Source: the human T2T-CHM13v2.0 reference genome, Homo sapiens
Strand: one strand, 5' to 3'
NCBI RefSeq assembly: GCF_009914755.1
Contig: NC_060936.1
Length of the DNA stretch: 64,000 bases
Positions 32,693 to 47,739 of this stretch are shown piece after piece (position 1 is the stretch's first letter; every line of letters begins with the position of its first letter). The notes beneath the pieces are model-generated. The model was not told the origin of the DNA. It did no database searches and was given only the letters and a program-made list of their open reading frames with translations. A program made the translations under genes and the position numbers.

Positions 32693-35239
32693 ACATTTGT
32701 TTATTTAAAGTTAAAACTAAATCAGGCTTTCTGTATTCTATCTAGCAACCCTAAGAATATATCATATTAGAGATGAGATTTTAGAAAACCTGTCTTACTC
32801 CTTTACAGAAACTTAAATGGAATGTTGTAAAATTTAAATGAGCTATTGTATTCAAAGTACCCTGAACATAAATATTTATTAAATAGCTGCATTTACTATA
32901 ACTTTTGAAATTCTTATAAGTGCTTCTATTAACACTGACAAATATTAGTATTTTATAGATTATAAAATTGAGTCTCAGAAAGAATAGGTGACACTATGAA
33001 GGTCTTGCTGATATATAGTGGCAGAAGTTCATATTCTTTAACAGCCAAGCAGATGCTTTTCATTCAATTCCATTCTGCTGTTTCAGGTTACCTGCTATGA
33101 ACTGTAAAGGGTTCCAATTTGTGAAACATGTAGTGTTAATACAGATACTAGTGTCTTTGTCAATGCAACAATATAGTTTTTTTAAAAATAAATCTTCTCT
33201 ATTAGAAAGAATAAAAGAGAACAAGTAAAGAAAGGAGAGAAGGAAGGAAAGATGAAGAGAGGGAGAGAGAGAAGCAATACATTAAATTACAAATGGATCA
33301 CTTATCATTCTGGATTTTTTCAGTTGAATAAAGTTAAGGTTATGGTAGGTAATAAGGCATGAATCCACTTCTACTTCTGCAGTATGATTCATCTAACTGC
33401 AAAGTTTCCTATTTTCTTTACTCCTCTTCTGCCAGTAGATAACACACTCAAGATTTCTTATCAGTAGTCATTTTCATTACAATTGGTAAAATCAAGTATT
33501 TAAAATAAACAATACTCAGCCCATAGCTGGGAGAATTCAGCTCTAAGGAAACAAATTGCTGTTCTCCTGCTGCACGATGGAGTAATATGTATCTGATGAG
33601 GTTTTTCTATGCCTTCAGCTATGAGATACCACTAACAGGGCCATACTACTAAAGTGGACAGGAATAGAACAATACTCTTAAGATACCTCATATTATTAAA
33701 TTTTTTTTAAAAAAATTGGAATATATCTATCTTGTATAATCTATGACCCTCCGCACAATATTTTAAAACACACATTGTGCTGAAGAAACAAAATACAGAA
33801 AACTAGTTACATACAGATGAAGAAGTAATTAGAATCAAATGTACATTTGACTTTAGATACACAGAGACACATTAAGGATTTAAATTTATTTTTATTTTGA
33901 ATCAACAGTGTTAAACCTACTTATCATCTAAATGGATTCATGAGAAACCTGATTTTATAATCTAATCCTTGAAAAGTAGAGGGTCAATATTTATTTGGTT
34001 TTGAAACTAAATGGTTATAGCTATTGATTATAGCATAAAAGCTAAACTCTCCCAAAACACAAGTTGACTTGTACCTAGATAAAATTAGTAATTATTAAGG
34101 TGAAGAATAGCACACATTTGAATTAATGTTATCTACTATGTGATAGCCAACACTTAGTTTTCCTATTGCATATAAAGTTGTCACCTGCACAATCTTGATT
34201 CGAAATCAGTGGCAAATAAGTCTGTAGACTTACAATCTAATATATCTTAGAGTAATTCCTGTACTGCAGGGGTTACTCAGTGTCATCAGCAAAAATAAAG
34301 CCATTAAAGAAAAGTGCAACATTTTCAACATTTTCATTTTCAACAAACCTATCTTAAAAACTACTTCTAAATAACTGCCTCAATCACTTCTGATTGGCTA
34401 GCAGTAGGGTTTTCCCAATAGATTTTGGTTCTCACAGTGGCCCACACACTTGGATAAGTTTACCTTTTTATACTTTGTGGTTAGATTGCTAGAATGAAAA
34501 GAATTAGGGGGGCAAATATACTTTACCTCAATCAGAATTCTAGGTGCAACCTCCAGGAGACTTTTGTTAGCAACCAATTTGCTGCAGCCAAATCAGTCAT
34601 AAGCACTATGCAGGGAACTTTTCACAAGATGGGTTCACAGTAAGTGGGGACATTTTTGATGAGGAACCATTAGGGTAACTAGTGTCTGGTCAGCATCAAT
34701 GGGGACCCGGCTGATACAGTTAAGGGTAGTAACTTCCCTGGCAAACCTACCATAACCAGAGAACTATTTTATCCCAAATATCAGGCATTTCAACTAAACT
34801 CCTGAGTACAATTTGGAGACAAAGGACATAATTAAATATCCCCAAACATCACAATGGATGAACTACATTATAACTTAACAAAACAGTAAGTTGTTAACAA
34901 AGATACATATATTATCAACTAGTATACGTATAGAAATAATAGTGAGTCCAGTTTAACCAATCCCTGAGTTTCCAATATTTATTTTACAATGCCAGCCTAT
35001 ATTTTTAATGTTATAATATGAACCTATAACTAGTTATAAACTTCATATATAAATTCTAAATGTATAAAACCTAAATAAAATTATAAATTAAATACTAACC
35101 AAACTATAAAATCAATAATAAATTTTACATAATTAATTTAGCTATTGGTGTTATTTTACTAAGCAATTACTTTCAGCATATGACACATACTGTTACAGTG
35201 AAGATTCTAAATTTATAATATATATAAACTATTTTTTTA

Positions 35240-36170
<931 letters not shown>

Positions 36171-36321
36171 TTACATTTTTAATCCAGATTTCTTGTTTAC
36201 CTGATCCTGAAGCCCAACTGCCTAATATGAACTGATTATGTTTGTTGCTGACAAAAATAATCCCCGAAACAATGCTGACCATGGTGGTACTTATAAATCC
36301 TTGATTTTAATAGAGATCTTT

Positions 36322-36643
<322 letters not shown>

Positions 36644-37074
36644 TTAACATTTTATTGCCATTAATCCTAACCTCTGCCTATTTTTGGCCTCTCCATTAGC
36701 ATTGCATTAATGTATCGAAGAGACAAAGACATGTCTCAGTGTCTAATCAAGAAAACAAGTTGCCTTTTTTATCAGCCTGCATTCATTTGCAAAACATTCC
36801 CTTTCTCTGTTCTCTATTAATACTTACGTACTTCTTGTGCTGTTTCACAGGACAACATTTTCTTTCAGTACAATCTTAGATTTACCAGTTCCCCAAGGGG
36901 TGACAGTGATGCCCTGGTTACATTCCAGGGACATCGCTGAAAGTGGGGAGATGGTATTGTGCCCTGGTTATGGAACTAGCAAGCCTGCTTGTTCTGTCTT
37001 CTCCTGGGTTCTTCAGACAGCCACAATTTCCCCCATCATCAGCACTTCATTCTCCTTATTATCCACAACTTACC

Positions 37075-37108
37075 AGTTACTCCTGACTCAGATTCCCGCC
37101 AAGTACCC
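37075..37108 (-). other. Possible micro-exon or isolated strong splice donor
   Basis: Minus strand ...GAGTAACTG|gtaagttg; upstream acceptor (aatacaatag) is weak. Confidence 0.15.
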
Positions 37109-37247
37109 TATTGTATTTTGGACTATCATATTCTCCATTGTTTGAAGTAAAAAAGATAGCTTTGAAGCATACTTCTGTTAAGAAAAGTATCTCCCATACA
37201 AATCATTCTGATCTTTTCTAATCCCTCATTAAAAAAAGAGTAATTCA

Positions 37248-37568
<321 letters not shown>

Positions 37569-38429
37569 AGTAATTCAGGGTATAACTAGAGAAAAATATG
37601 GCAGAAAATAGGTACACTTATTCTCTTTGTAAGAGAGGATTTCTGATTTTAATCATAATGGGCAAAGTCAAATAAAAACATAACATTTAAAAGTAGCTTT
37701 ACATAAAGAATTGCGTACATATTATAAAGCAAACAAAAATAATATGTAATGCAGACAAAAATGTCTGCAACAAATGTGATAATTACCATTTTAAAATTAG
37801 TAAGGCTCTTCATAAAAACAGTTTATAAAATGAAAGCTGAAATAGCTAATGAAAGTTTGAAATGTTATTTAACATCAATATGAAAAAATGCTAATTAAAA
37901 TGAGATACCATTTTTACTAAATATTTTATAATTATTTATTAATTAAAATAATAATTTATTAATTATAAATATTAAAATATTTTATTATATATTATTAATG
38001 GAAGTAAATTGACAAAGCTTTTTGGAAAAGGACCTGGTAACATATATCAAGAGTCTTAATTGAAATTATGCCCACTAATTTTATTTTATAAAATCTATTC
38101 TTAAAATCGGTCTAAAATACTAAAAACAAAAATGCTGCAATAAAAACTGCTATTTATTAGCCATCCATTTGGTTAAGTCCTCTATCACATGTTTACAAGG
38201 GAAGTGTTAAAAGAAAAATAACAGATATTGTCATTCTCATTTTTAAAGAATTTTTCAGAGAGAAGTTGGGGGGTTATCCAGGATACCGTAACTAGTAAGT
38301 TTTGGAGCTCAGATTCAATGTCTGAGTTGCTTGTCTAACCGAACCATCATACCAATGGCATTTTTTAATACATGAAAATGTTCATATTATTTACAATGTG
38401 GAAAAACTGAAGATAACTTAAATATCTAC

Positions 38430-38954
38430 TGTAAACCAAAAATAGAATTCTAAGTCCCCCAACCATCTGAATGTACCTCCTCTTTGCCAAGGGTATTCCA
38501 AAGTTAACCTGAAACACTAGTCCTGCCCATGAAGGGAAGTGGAAGTTGAACATGGCTCATTATGATTAACATCAACACAGATCTTAAGACTGATAGAACA
38601 GACTCTTAAAATCTGATAAGTAACACTTACAATCTATTCTCTCTGCAGCCTGCTACCTGACAGCTTTATCTGCATGACAAAACCTTTGTCTCCAGAACCG
38701 CTTATTATAACCTACACATTCCTTTCTGTTGATTCCAGGTCTTCAGATAATAACTCAACCAACTGCCAATCAGAAAACCCCTGCATCCAGTTCTCCCGTC
38801 TTTCTGGACAAAACCAATATACATCTCACATATATTGATGTCTTATGACTCCCTAAAATGTATAAAATAAAGCTGTAGCCCGACCACCTTGGGCGCATGT
38901 CAGGACCTCCTGAGGCTGTGTCATGGACCTGTTTCAGATACTTTTTGGTTTACA
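38430..38954 (+). mobile_element. MER4-family (ERV1) solo LTR, copy 1
   Basis: TGTAAACCAAAAA...TTTTTGGTTTACA inverted termini; 4-bp TSD ctac (38426-38429 and 38955-38958). Confidence 0.88.
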
Positions 38955-39165
38955 CTACCAACAGAAACATGACTTTGAAAAATATAGATTATTCATACGA
39001 TTATTTTATTTTTCTAGACCCAAACTGGTTCCAAAATTATTTGCTATAGCTCTACATGGACTATTATGCATCTATTAAAAATTGGATTTATGAAAATTTA
39101 TGTGAACATGGGTAATGATCATGTTATAAAGTCCATTGAAAAGCACAAACCTGTAAATGTAATGA

Positions 39166-39330
39166 GTTAATATTTAATCAGATTAAATATTAACAAATCA
39201 TATTAAATACTAACAAATATTTAATATTTATATTTAATACTAACAAATATTTAATATTTATATTTAATACTAACAAATATTTAATATTTATATTTAATAT
39301 TAACAAATATTTAATATTTATATTTAATAA
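39166..39330. repeat. Perfect hairpin followed by an AT-rich 30-bp minisatellite (4 copies)
   Basis: gttaatatttaatc-a-gattaaatattaac (39166-39194), then taacaaatatttaatatttatatttaata(c/t/a) at 39211, 39241, 39271 and 39301. Confidence 0.95.
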
Positions 39331-39785
39331 ATATAATATGATTTACAGCTTTATAAAAAATATAAATAGCAATCAGTTAGGTAACAAATTATCTTGAGTA
39401 GAGGTAACAGCTCACTTCTAGCTGAGTTGCTCTAATTCTCCCCCAGGAATCCATTACTATCTCACCTCCTTTCTGTCTCGTCTCTTCTCTCCCTTACCTC
39501 CCTCACATACGCAGAAACTGAAATTTAAACTCCAAATTTTAACTATAATCTGCTTTCTTTTTTCTTAATAGATTGCTCCAGCGTGTATGTAATGAGAGAT
39601 CTTTGAACTAGTTTGTATATTTTGGTCATTGTGATTATAAGAGAGTAAGTGAAACAGCCTTCATTTGTATTTATTTTCTACTTCATTCTCACCTCATTAC
39701 TTATTTTCCCTCCCATATATAATTCTCTTTAAAAAGTACATATGTGGAGAGTGGACGTTGGAAAGAGAGAATATGATCTAGAAAG

Positions 39786-40985
39786 TATAAACCAAAAATA
39801 CAATTCTAAGCCCCCCAACCAACAGAATGGACTCCCCTCTCAGCCAAGGGGATCCCAAAAAAAACCCTGAAAGACTGGTTCAGGCCATGACAGGAAGAGA
39901 GGGGTGAGACATGCCTCATTATACCCTCCTTCCTTTGGAGTTCAGGCATAGCTGACCAGCATTAACATGAAAACAGAGATCTTAAGACTGACAAAGCGGA
40001 CTCTTTGTAGCAATAAGATACTAAGTTCCAACATGACTGGTACATTACATTACAGATAGCGGGCCCTGGGGAACATCAAAGTATTTTACCCTCCAAAATA
40101 TATTTGACATATTTTGAAATTGCCTTCCAAAGCTGTCTCTTGTGGGGGACATTTACATTCTGTAGAAAATCTCCTTCCCTTATTTGGTCTTTTCCAGAAA
40201 GTATGACACCTTTTAAGGTCCTATAAGATAGGGGTGCCCAACCCCCAGGGTCTGGTCTGTGGCCAGTTAGGAACTGGGCCACACAGCAGGAGGTGAGCAG
40301 CAGGCAAGCAGGCATTACCACCTGAGTTCCACCTCCTGTCTGATCAGCGACGGCATTAGATTCTCATAGGAGCATGAACCCTATTGTGAACTCCACATGC
40401 CAGGGATCTAGGTTGCACACTCCTTATGAGAATCTAATTCTTGATGATCTGAGGTAGAACAGTTTCATCCCAAAACCATCCCCGCATTGTCCATGGAAAA
40501 ATTGTCTATGAAACTGGTCCCTGATGACAACAAATTGGAAATTGCTGCTATAAGACATTCACATCTATTATTTCTGAGGCCTGCTACCCGGAAGACTTCA
40601 TCTACATGACAAGAACCTTGGCTTCCACAATCCTCTACCACCCTTACCTTAACTCAGGCTGACTTTAAATTTTCAAGCAGAGCTTAACTCTTTCAACCAA
40701 TTGCTAGTAAGGAAATCTTTGAATCCACCTATGAACTAGAAGTCCCCATTTTGAGATGTCCAACCCTTCCAAGCTGAACCAATGTATATCTTACATGTAT
40801 TGATTTTATGTCTTTGCCTGTAACTTCTGTCTCCCTAAAATGTATAAAACCAAACTGTAAACCAACCACCTTGGACACATATTCTCAGGACCTCCTGAGG
40901 CTGTATCATTGGCTATGGTCCTCAACCTTGGCAAAATAAACCTCTACATTGATTAAGACCTGTCTCAGATACTTTTTGGTTTACA
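39786..40985 (+). mobile_element. MER4-family solo LTR, copy 2 (longer variant), interrupted by MER1B
   Basis: tataaaccaaaaa...tttttggtttaca termini; 4-bp TSD aaag (39782-39785 and 40986-40989). Confidence 0.88.
40229..40547. mobile_element. MER1B (hAT-Charlie) DNA transposon
   Basis: 'aggggtgcccaacccc...ttaggaactgggccacacagcaggaggtgagc...gcattagattctcatagg'; 8-bp TSD ctataaga (40221-40228 and 40548-40555). Confidence 0.88.
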
Positions 40986-41139
40986 AAAGAAGTGCCTGAA
41001 AATATTAGTAGTTAAGTCAAAGTGTTGGAATATCAGTGATATGTTTTTCAATTTTTTTTTCCTAAAATAATCATGCCTCACTCTCATTTTCAGTAAAAAT
41101 AACATAGTTAATTAAAATAATTCATGATTTAAACAAAGT

Positions 41140-41380
41140 ACATAGTAGTGGAAACACTGAGTTCATTGAATACGGATCATCTTTAGCATTAATCCTAGGT
41201 TCCACCACAAACTAGCTATGTGGGGTTGGTAAATTACATAAATTCCATGAACCTCGGATTACTCACCTGAAAATTAAGTATCATACTTTTACCTTGCAGG
41301 GTTGATTAAAAGGCTGTAAATAAACCAAAGTGTGAAGCACTAAAATATGGGACAGAGTAGGTGCTCAACAAATGAGAGCT
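41140..41380 (+). mobile_element. MIR remnant
   Basis: MIR core and 3' end 'gtaggtgctcaacaaatg'. Confidence 0.65.
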
Positions 41381-41439
41381 GAAATTATATTCCTTGTCAT
41401 AAATGTTTTACTTTTTAATCATCCTTTTCACAACCTCTA

Positions 41440-41990
41440 GAGAGCAAGAGGCAGCTGTGGCTGGCATTATTCCACTCAGCAGGAAATCCATTTAAATACC
41501 TTTAACTCTTAAAATTTTCCAGCCCTACCTGTCTGCCTGCACTAATGATCCCCAGCAGTGGGAGACCTGCCTTTGATTTCTCCTGTGAGGCTCTGAACCC
41601 CAGTGCAGTGACTGGTTATGTTTCTCACTTTCCACCCTTCTCTTACATAACTTTGCTTAAAGTACCTTAATAACGTGTTGGAAAGTAAACTTAAACATTA
41701 GCCCAGGTAAACTCTGTTATCCTTGTGGCACATTCTTGCTAAGTCATTAAATGCTCTGGAGTAAATCCTCCTGCTCTGCAGTTTAATAGGGAGTCACTCA
41801 GAGCTGTGCAATCAATTATGTTCCTGCTCCCTGCTTCCCACTACAGAAAAGGATTGACAAATGACACACAGAGGCCTGGTTAGTGAAATGAGTCACTTTT
41901 CCCTTAACTGCAACTTAATCAGCATGGTAGTCCCAATGCTAATGAATATTAGTCCAACCAAATTTCAGCTGGAAGCAACCCAGAGAACTT
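41440..41990. promoter_or_regulatory. Candidate AP-1/ETS enhancer
   Basis: Unique-looking island between MIRs, with TGAGTCA (41889-41895), AP-1-like TAAGTCA and GGAGTCA, and ETS-like CAGGAAAT. Confidence 0.3.
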
Positions 41991-42404
41991 CTCCAAGGCA
42001 ATCATTTTGCAGATGAGAAAATTGAAGCCCAAAGAGTGAATGAACCAATGGGACATAGTAGGCACTGAATACAAGCTTGCTGAATGAATGAGCTTTCTAT
42101 GTCAGAGAGCTAGATAGTAATAGAAAAGGTTATACCTGATGTGTTTTAAGGGCTTGCTGTGTTTAGGCACTCTAAGTGCTTTATACGGGTTAGTTTAGGT
42201 AACCTTTGCTACACAGTGTTTTACAGGTAAGGAAATGTATGCATATAGTAGTTTAGTGACTCCATCAAAGCCACTTGGAAAACAAATGGTGGAGGTAGAT
42301 TTTGATCCTGAATAATCAGTCCCCAGAACAAACACTTAACAACCAGACCATACTGTCAGAACTCTAGTCCCGTATTTCCACCTAAAAAAACAAACAAAAA
42401 AATG

Positions 42405-43030
42405 TATCTTCAGTCTCTCCATTTCTCTCCACCATACTAATGAAGTTCAGCCACCATCCTCTCTCACCTGGATTCCTAAAACAACCTCCTAACTAGACCT
42501 ATCTCTAATCTTCTTCCTCTACCATCAGACTGATCCTTCAAAAAGACAAATTTAATCACAGCATTTTCTATGGTTAAAGCTTTGCAATGCTTCATTATTA
42601 TCCTTCTTTATTATCCTTGGTATATAATGCAGCTTTTCAATGGCCCATAGGATCCTTCATAATTGTTTTGCCCTCAAAGCTTATACACCAGCCATATTGA
42701 ACTTCTTTTACTTCCTACAAAGCAATGCTCTTTGTGACCTCCATTCTGGCCTACTCTTTGCCCTTGCTGGCTAACTACTATTAATTCCAGATTCCAGCGT
42801 AGACAATACATACTCAGAAAAGCATCTGCTCAGCCTCTCCCAAGTCTTAGATTGATGCCACTTTTTTTTTTTTTGTATGTGATTCTCTGGTAAATAACTG
42901 ATTATGCTACATTGAAGATTCTTGTTAAGTTCCCTGTTTCCCCCATTAAATTGTTAATCAAGGCTAGAATCAAGCTAAACTTGCCTTTTTATTGTTAGAT
43001 CCCATTTGCCTAGTAAGTTTGTTAACCTAA
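42405..43030 (+). mobile_element. L2 remnant
   Basis: 'ccaccatcctctctcacctggattcc...aacctcctaact' is an L2 hallmark. Confidence 0.65.
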
Positions 43031-43872
43031 GCGTACTTCAATTTCCTCAACTAAAATGGGATAAATGAAACTTTATTGAGTTAAACAAAGAAAGATACGT
43101 AAAGTACATAGTTTCCCACATATAGTAATGGCAAGAAATCCAGCTTTTCAATATACACAGCACGCTTTGTGAATTTCACTAGAAAGGGGGCATTGTGTTA
43201 AAGTTAGCTAAAATGGTATCAAATGTTTAAAATGAAATATAAATTTGGTTTCAAACAATGGCAAATAAAAGAAATGCTAAGATAAAGAATGAAGGAGAGA
43301 GGCAGCCAAGAGAAGAGGCAAAACATGGAGAAGCAAAGCAGGGATAAGAAGCCAGCCTTTCAGTACCCCTGCATGGTACAGTGTCATCCTGTACAGAGCC
43401 CCAAGGCCAGGTAAACCCATCCTGGCTTCCTGAGAGAAAGGAATTGCCTGGGTTGATTAAGAAGTTCATTGGCCATATTATTCCAACATAGAATATTCCA
43501 TATCATTTAGGACACCCTATCTAAATTCTGAAAAAAAAAAAAAATCTGCTTGCTAAACCTTGCTTTTGAAGACATTTTAGCCCACAACCAAAGACTTAAA
43601 CTTTACAAAAGATGTGTAAGTTAACACTGGTAAACTCATTTACATTAAAGTATCAATGAGATGTTTGGAAGTTTTTAGATTCTTCCCATTTTCTTTTCTC
43701 AAAGCAGATAGAGAGTAGGACAACTTGAATTACTCAAAAGTGGAAGTGTGTGGCTAAGTCATAATGGCTGAGGAGGGGGTAGGCAGAGATGTGGTTGGTG
43801 GGTACAGCAATCAACACAAGATACAAGTCAAAGGCTCCCCTAACTTAGCTCAGTTTTGTCATATGGCCTTCA

Positions 43873-44060
<188 letters not shown>

Positions 44061-44848
44061 AATTTGTCTCATTATACCTTAAATTCACAAAGTCCTGAAT
44101 CGTATGTTTTAGGGAAATGTGTATTCATTCAATGCAGGATCTCTTTTTCCAGAGGAATCCTTAATCCTGTCATTTGTGTACAAGGAAACTGCCCTCCAAG
44201 TCGCTAGCCACTATGATGTAAACTACAGCCCTGCCTATGTGGGTTGATGGCTCAACAAACACTGAGTTCACATTCACTTAGACCCCCATTTCTAGAAATT
44301 ACTCTCTTGTGCTCTCTGCCTACTTTTCTCACCCTTATTTTCTGATACTGACGCTGCTACTATCAGAGGGGTGTGAATTTTCTAATATGTTTTTAATTCA
44401 GACTTTTATGCCACCTAGCAACATTTTCAAAGAACACCTCTATCTCCTAGATAAAACAGTGAAAGAATACTTTCCTTTCACTTGCCAAGAATTACACTGT
44501 CCATAACTTTATGAGTTTCCAAATTAAGGAGCTGCTCCATCCACCTGAAAATCCATGCTTTTGTATGGACTCATTCTGTCTCCTCTCCAGAACAAAGAGT
44601 CTGTAGAGAACACAGTTCTCTTACAAAGAGAGCTGTACCACAGTGAGAGGTCTCTAGTGCAATAAACCACACCTGTAGTAGGTTTTCAGTATGTATATAG
44701 ACACACACACATATATATGTATGTATATATACTGTATGGTATGTATGTATATGTATATATGTGTGTAGTGAAATATATTAGAACTTTTTCCAGTGGTGGC
44801 TAGTAAGATAGGAGACAAACTTCTTGTGGTAATTTGATGTTGGAGTAC

Positions 44849-45186
44849 AGGTTGAGTGTACCATATTCCAAATACTCAGTATCAGGGTGCTTCAGATTTT
44901 TAATTTTTTTTCTAATTTGGAATATTTGCATATACATAAGGAGACATTTTGCAGACAAGATCCCAGTCTAAACACAAAATTCATTTGTGTTTCATATACA
45001 CTTACATGTAGCCTGAAGATATTTTTATATAATGTTTTTAATAATTTTGTGCAAGAAAAACAGTTTGTGCTGTGACTGTGACATGAGGTCAAGTTTGGAA
45101 TTTTCCACTTGTGGCATCATGTCAGCTCTCAAAGAGTTTCAGGTTTTGCAGCATTTGGATTCTGGATTTTTGGATTAGAGATGTCT
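44849..45186. mobile_element. Tigger4/MER46-family (TcMar) DNA transposon
   Basis: ta|caggttgagt terminus; 'ggaatatttgcatatacata...cccagtctaaacacaaaattcatttg...ggatttttggattag'. Confidence 0.78.
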
Positions 45187-46404
45187 TTCCCATACTAACT
45201 ATATGACAGACATTGTGCTAAGCTCTTCATATATATCCTCATTCAATCCTCATGACAACGTTGTAAGACAGTCATTGTTATTCCTCTTTTTCTATGTAGA
45301 AAAAGAGGTTCAGAGAATTTAACTGAATAGCCTAAGGTGACACAGAAGTACATGGCAAAATTCAATCCCTTCTCAATCTTCCCATGCCTTAAGATTGGTC
45401 CTAGCCTAAAACCACAGCACAAATTATCCACATTTAGGCTCCGAGTGAATTGTCACCATTATAGAGGCACCTAGTTTAGGACAAGTGCAAACACAAGTAA
45501 AAGCAAATAGAGGCCCTTGGTGATACAACCTAAACTCCAAAGGGATAAAGTCAAGTTTGACTATCCAGAAAGCACTTCAAACTATAAAGAATGTTCTTCT
45601 CTTTTAATGCCATGCTCATGCCAAGCTGCCAAGCAAGCATTTCTTTGCTTGAAGATATTATCAGTTTCCTGGAGTGTCTCAGTGCTTTCTGTACCCCTTG
45701 TACTCAGCAATTCCATGCCTTTAGCCTCCGATTTAATTTTTCTTTATTAAAATGCTCTTCAGACCCAAATATAATACCAAACAAAAATAGCTTTTTATTC
45801 CAGTTACAAAATAACTTCAGGCTAATACAAATATTCTTGTAGCTTTGTCTTGTTTTTATATAAAACGTTTTAGTTGAAAAACAATTTAGTCATTGACTTC
45901 CTCATATTCTCACTCCCAAAGCATATCCCAAATATTTATAACCTAGGATGTTACGTATTTACAGATTAAGTGTGATTTCAGGTACATTGAATAATGATCT
46001 CTCAGACATTTAAATTGATAGAAACAATAACTAAAAATATAAACTTCAAATTGCCCAAAGAGTACATAATAGACCTATTTTTCCTACATTTTATAAATAT
46101 GAATGAAAATAAATAGGTACTATCAACGTGAGACCATACATTTTAGGGATGAAAGTGAAAATAGAAAGTTGACCTTCTATACAATTAGAAATTTACATAG
46201 TATATTGCAGTACTTCTCAGACCTTTAAGTGCGTTTGAATTACATTGAGATCTTGTGAATTTTGAGATTTCATTTCAAGACACTGGGAGTAAAACTGAGA
46301 CTGCATTGCTAACAAACTCCCAGTTGCTGCTGCTGTTGCTAGTCCAGACACCACACTTTGAGGAGCCTGGTGGTTAAAGAAGTGGGATTTTCAACATACA
46401 GATA

Positions 46405-47372
46405 TAATTTCAACTTTTATTTTAGATTCAGCAGTTACATGTGCAGGTTTATTACATGAGTATATTGTATGATGCTGAGGTTTGGGGTATGATTGATTCC
46501 ATCCCCCAGGTAGTGAGTGTAGTACCCAATAGTTTTTCAATCCTTCTCCATCTCTGATCCTCCCCTTCTAGTAATCCTCAGTGCCTATTGTAACTATTCT
46601 TTATGTACGTTAGTACCCAATGTTTAGCTCCCACTTACAAGTGAGAACATATTTGGTTTTCTGTTCCTGAATTAATTGGCTTAGGATAATGGCCTTCAGT
46701 TCCATCCATGTTGCTTCAAAGGACATGATTTCATTATGTTTGATGGCTGCATAGTATTCCATGGTGTATGTGCCCCACGTTTTCTTTATTCAGTCCACCA
46801 TTGATAGGTACCTCTGTTGATTCCATGTCTTTGCTATTGTGAATAGCGCTTCAATAAACATGATATATTTTTGGTAGAATTATTTATTTTCTTGGAATAT
46901 ATACCCAGTAATGGCATTGCTGAGTCAAAGGATGTTCTGTTTTAAGGTCTTCAAGACATCTTCAAACTGCTTTCTACAGTGGCTGAACTAATTTACATTC
47001 CTACCAACAGTGTATGAGCATTCCCTTGTCTCGGTGAACTTGCCAGCATCTGTTGTTTTCCAACTTTTTAATAATGGTATCTCATTGTGGTTTTGATTTG
47101 CATTTCTCTGATGATTAGTGATGTTGAGCATTTCTTCATATTTTTCTTGGCCACTTGTATGTCTTCTTCTGAGAAGTGTTCATGTCTTTTGGACACTTTT
47201 TAATGGGGTTATTTGTGCCTGCTTTGAATTTTTTAAGTTCCGTATAGATTCTAGATATTAGACCTTTGTTGGATGCATAGTTTGCAATTTTTTTTTCCTA
47301 TTCTGTATGTTGTCTGTTTACTCTGCTGATAATTTCTTTTGCTTCACAGAAGGTCTTCACTTTAATTAGGTC
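46405..47372 (-). mobile_element. Old L1PA/L1PB 3' fragment
   Basis: 'acatgtgcaggtttattacatgagtatattgtatgatgctgaggtttgggg' followed by ORF2 C-terminal antisense sequence. Confidence 0.88.
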
Positions 47373-47708
47373 CCTCTAAGTTCCCGAAAGAAAGAAATGC
47401 CTCTTGAGTTAAATAACCTGGACTTGTATCTGAGCCTGCAAGTTAACAGACATGTGACCTTATGTGAGTTATTTAACCCTTTCTATGCTCAGTGTCATCT
47501 GTAAAGCAGGGGTAATCAGAGTGTTATTATCAAGACAATGTATGTGAATTATTTAACACAGTGCTTGGCACATATGGGGTACTTCGAAGCAGCAGCAGCA
47601 GCAGGAGAAGAATGGGTATCAGTAAAGAATTACTGTATTTTCTTTTAAGATGTCTGTTTAACTGGCACAGAGGGAAAATTCCTTAGCCTTACTGGAATAG
47701 TGGAATAC

Positions 47709-47739
47709 TGTGTGTGTGCGTGCGTGTGTGTGTGTGTGT
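47709..47739. repeat. (TG)n microsatellite
   Basis: Directly visible. Confidence 0.9.

Larger units (their letters stand above)
31831..32753. mobile_element. MER53-like palindromic DNA transposon split by L1PA and AluY insertions
   Basis: Inverted termini gggttgccaga (31832) and tctagcaaccct (about 32741-32752); halves at 31831-31939 and 32695-32753. Confidence 0.7.

Noticed and set aside
39211-39330. CRISPR-like 30-bp periodicity
   Set aside because: Head-to-tail repeats with no unique spacers; eukaryotic minisatellite.
38430-40985. Two-LTR provirus
   Set aside because: Each LTR has its own TSD and the spacer lacks retroviral features.
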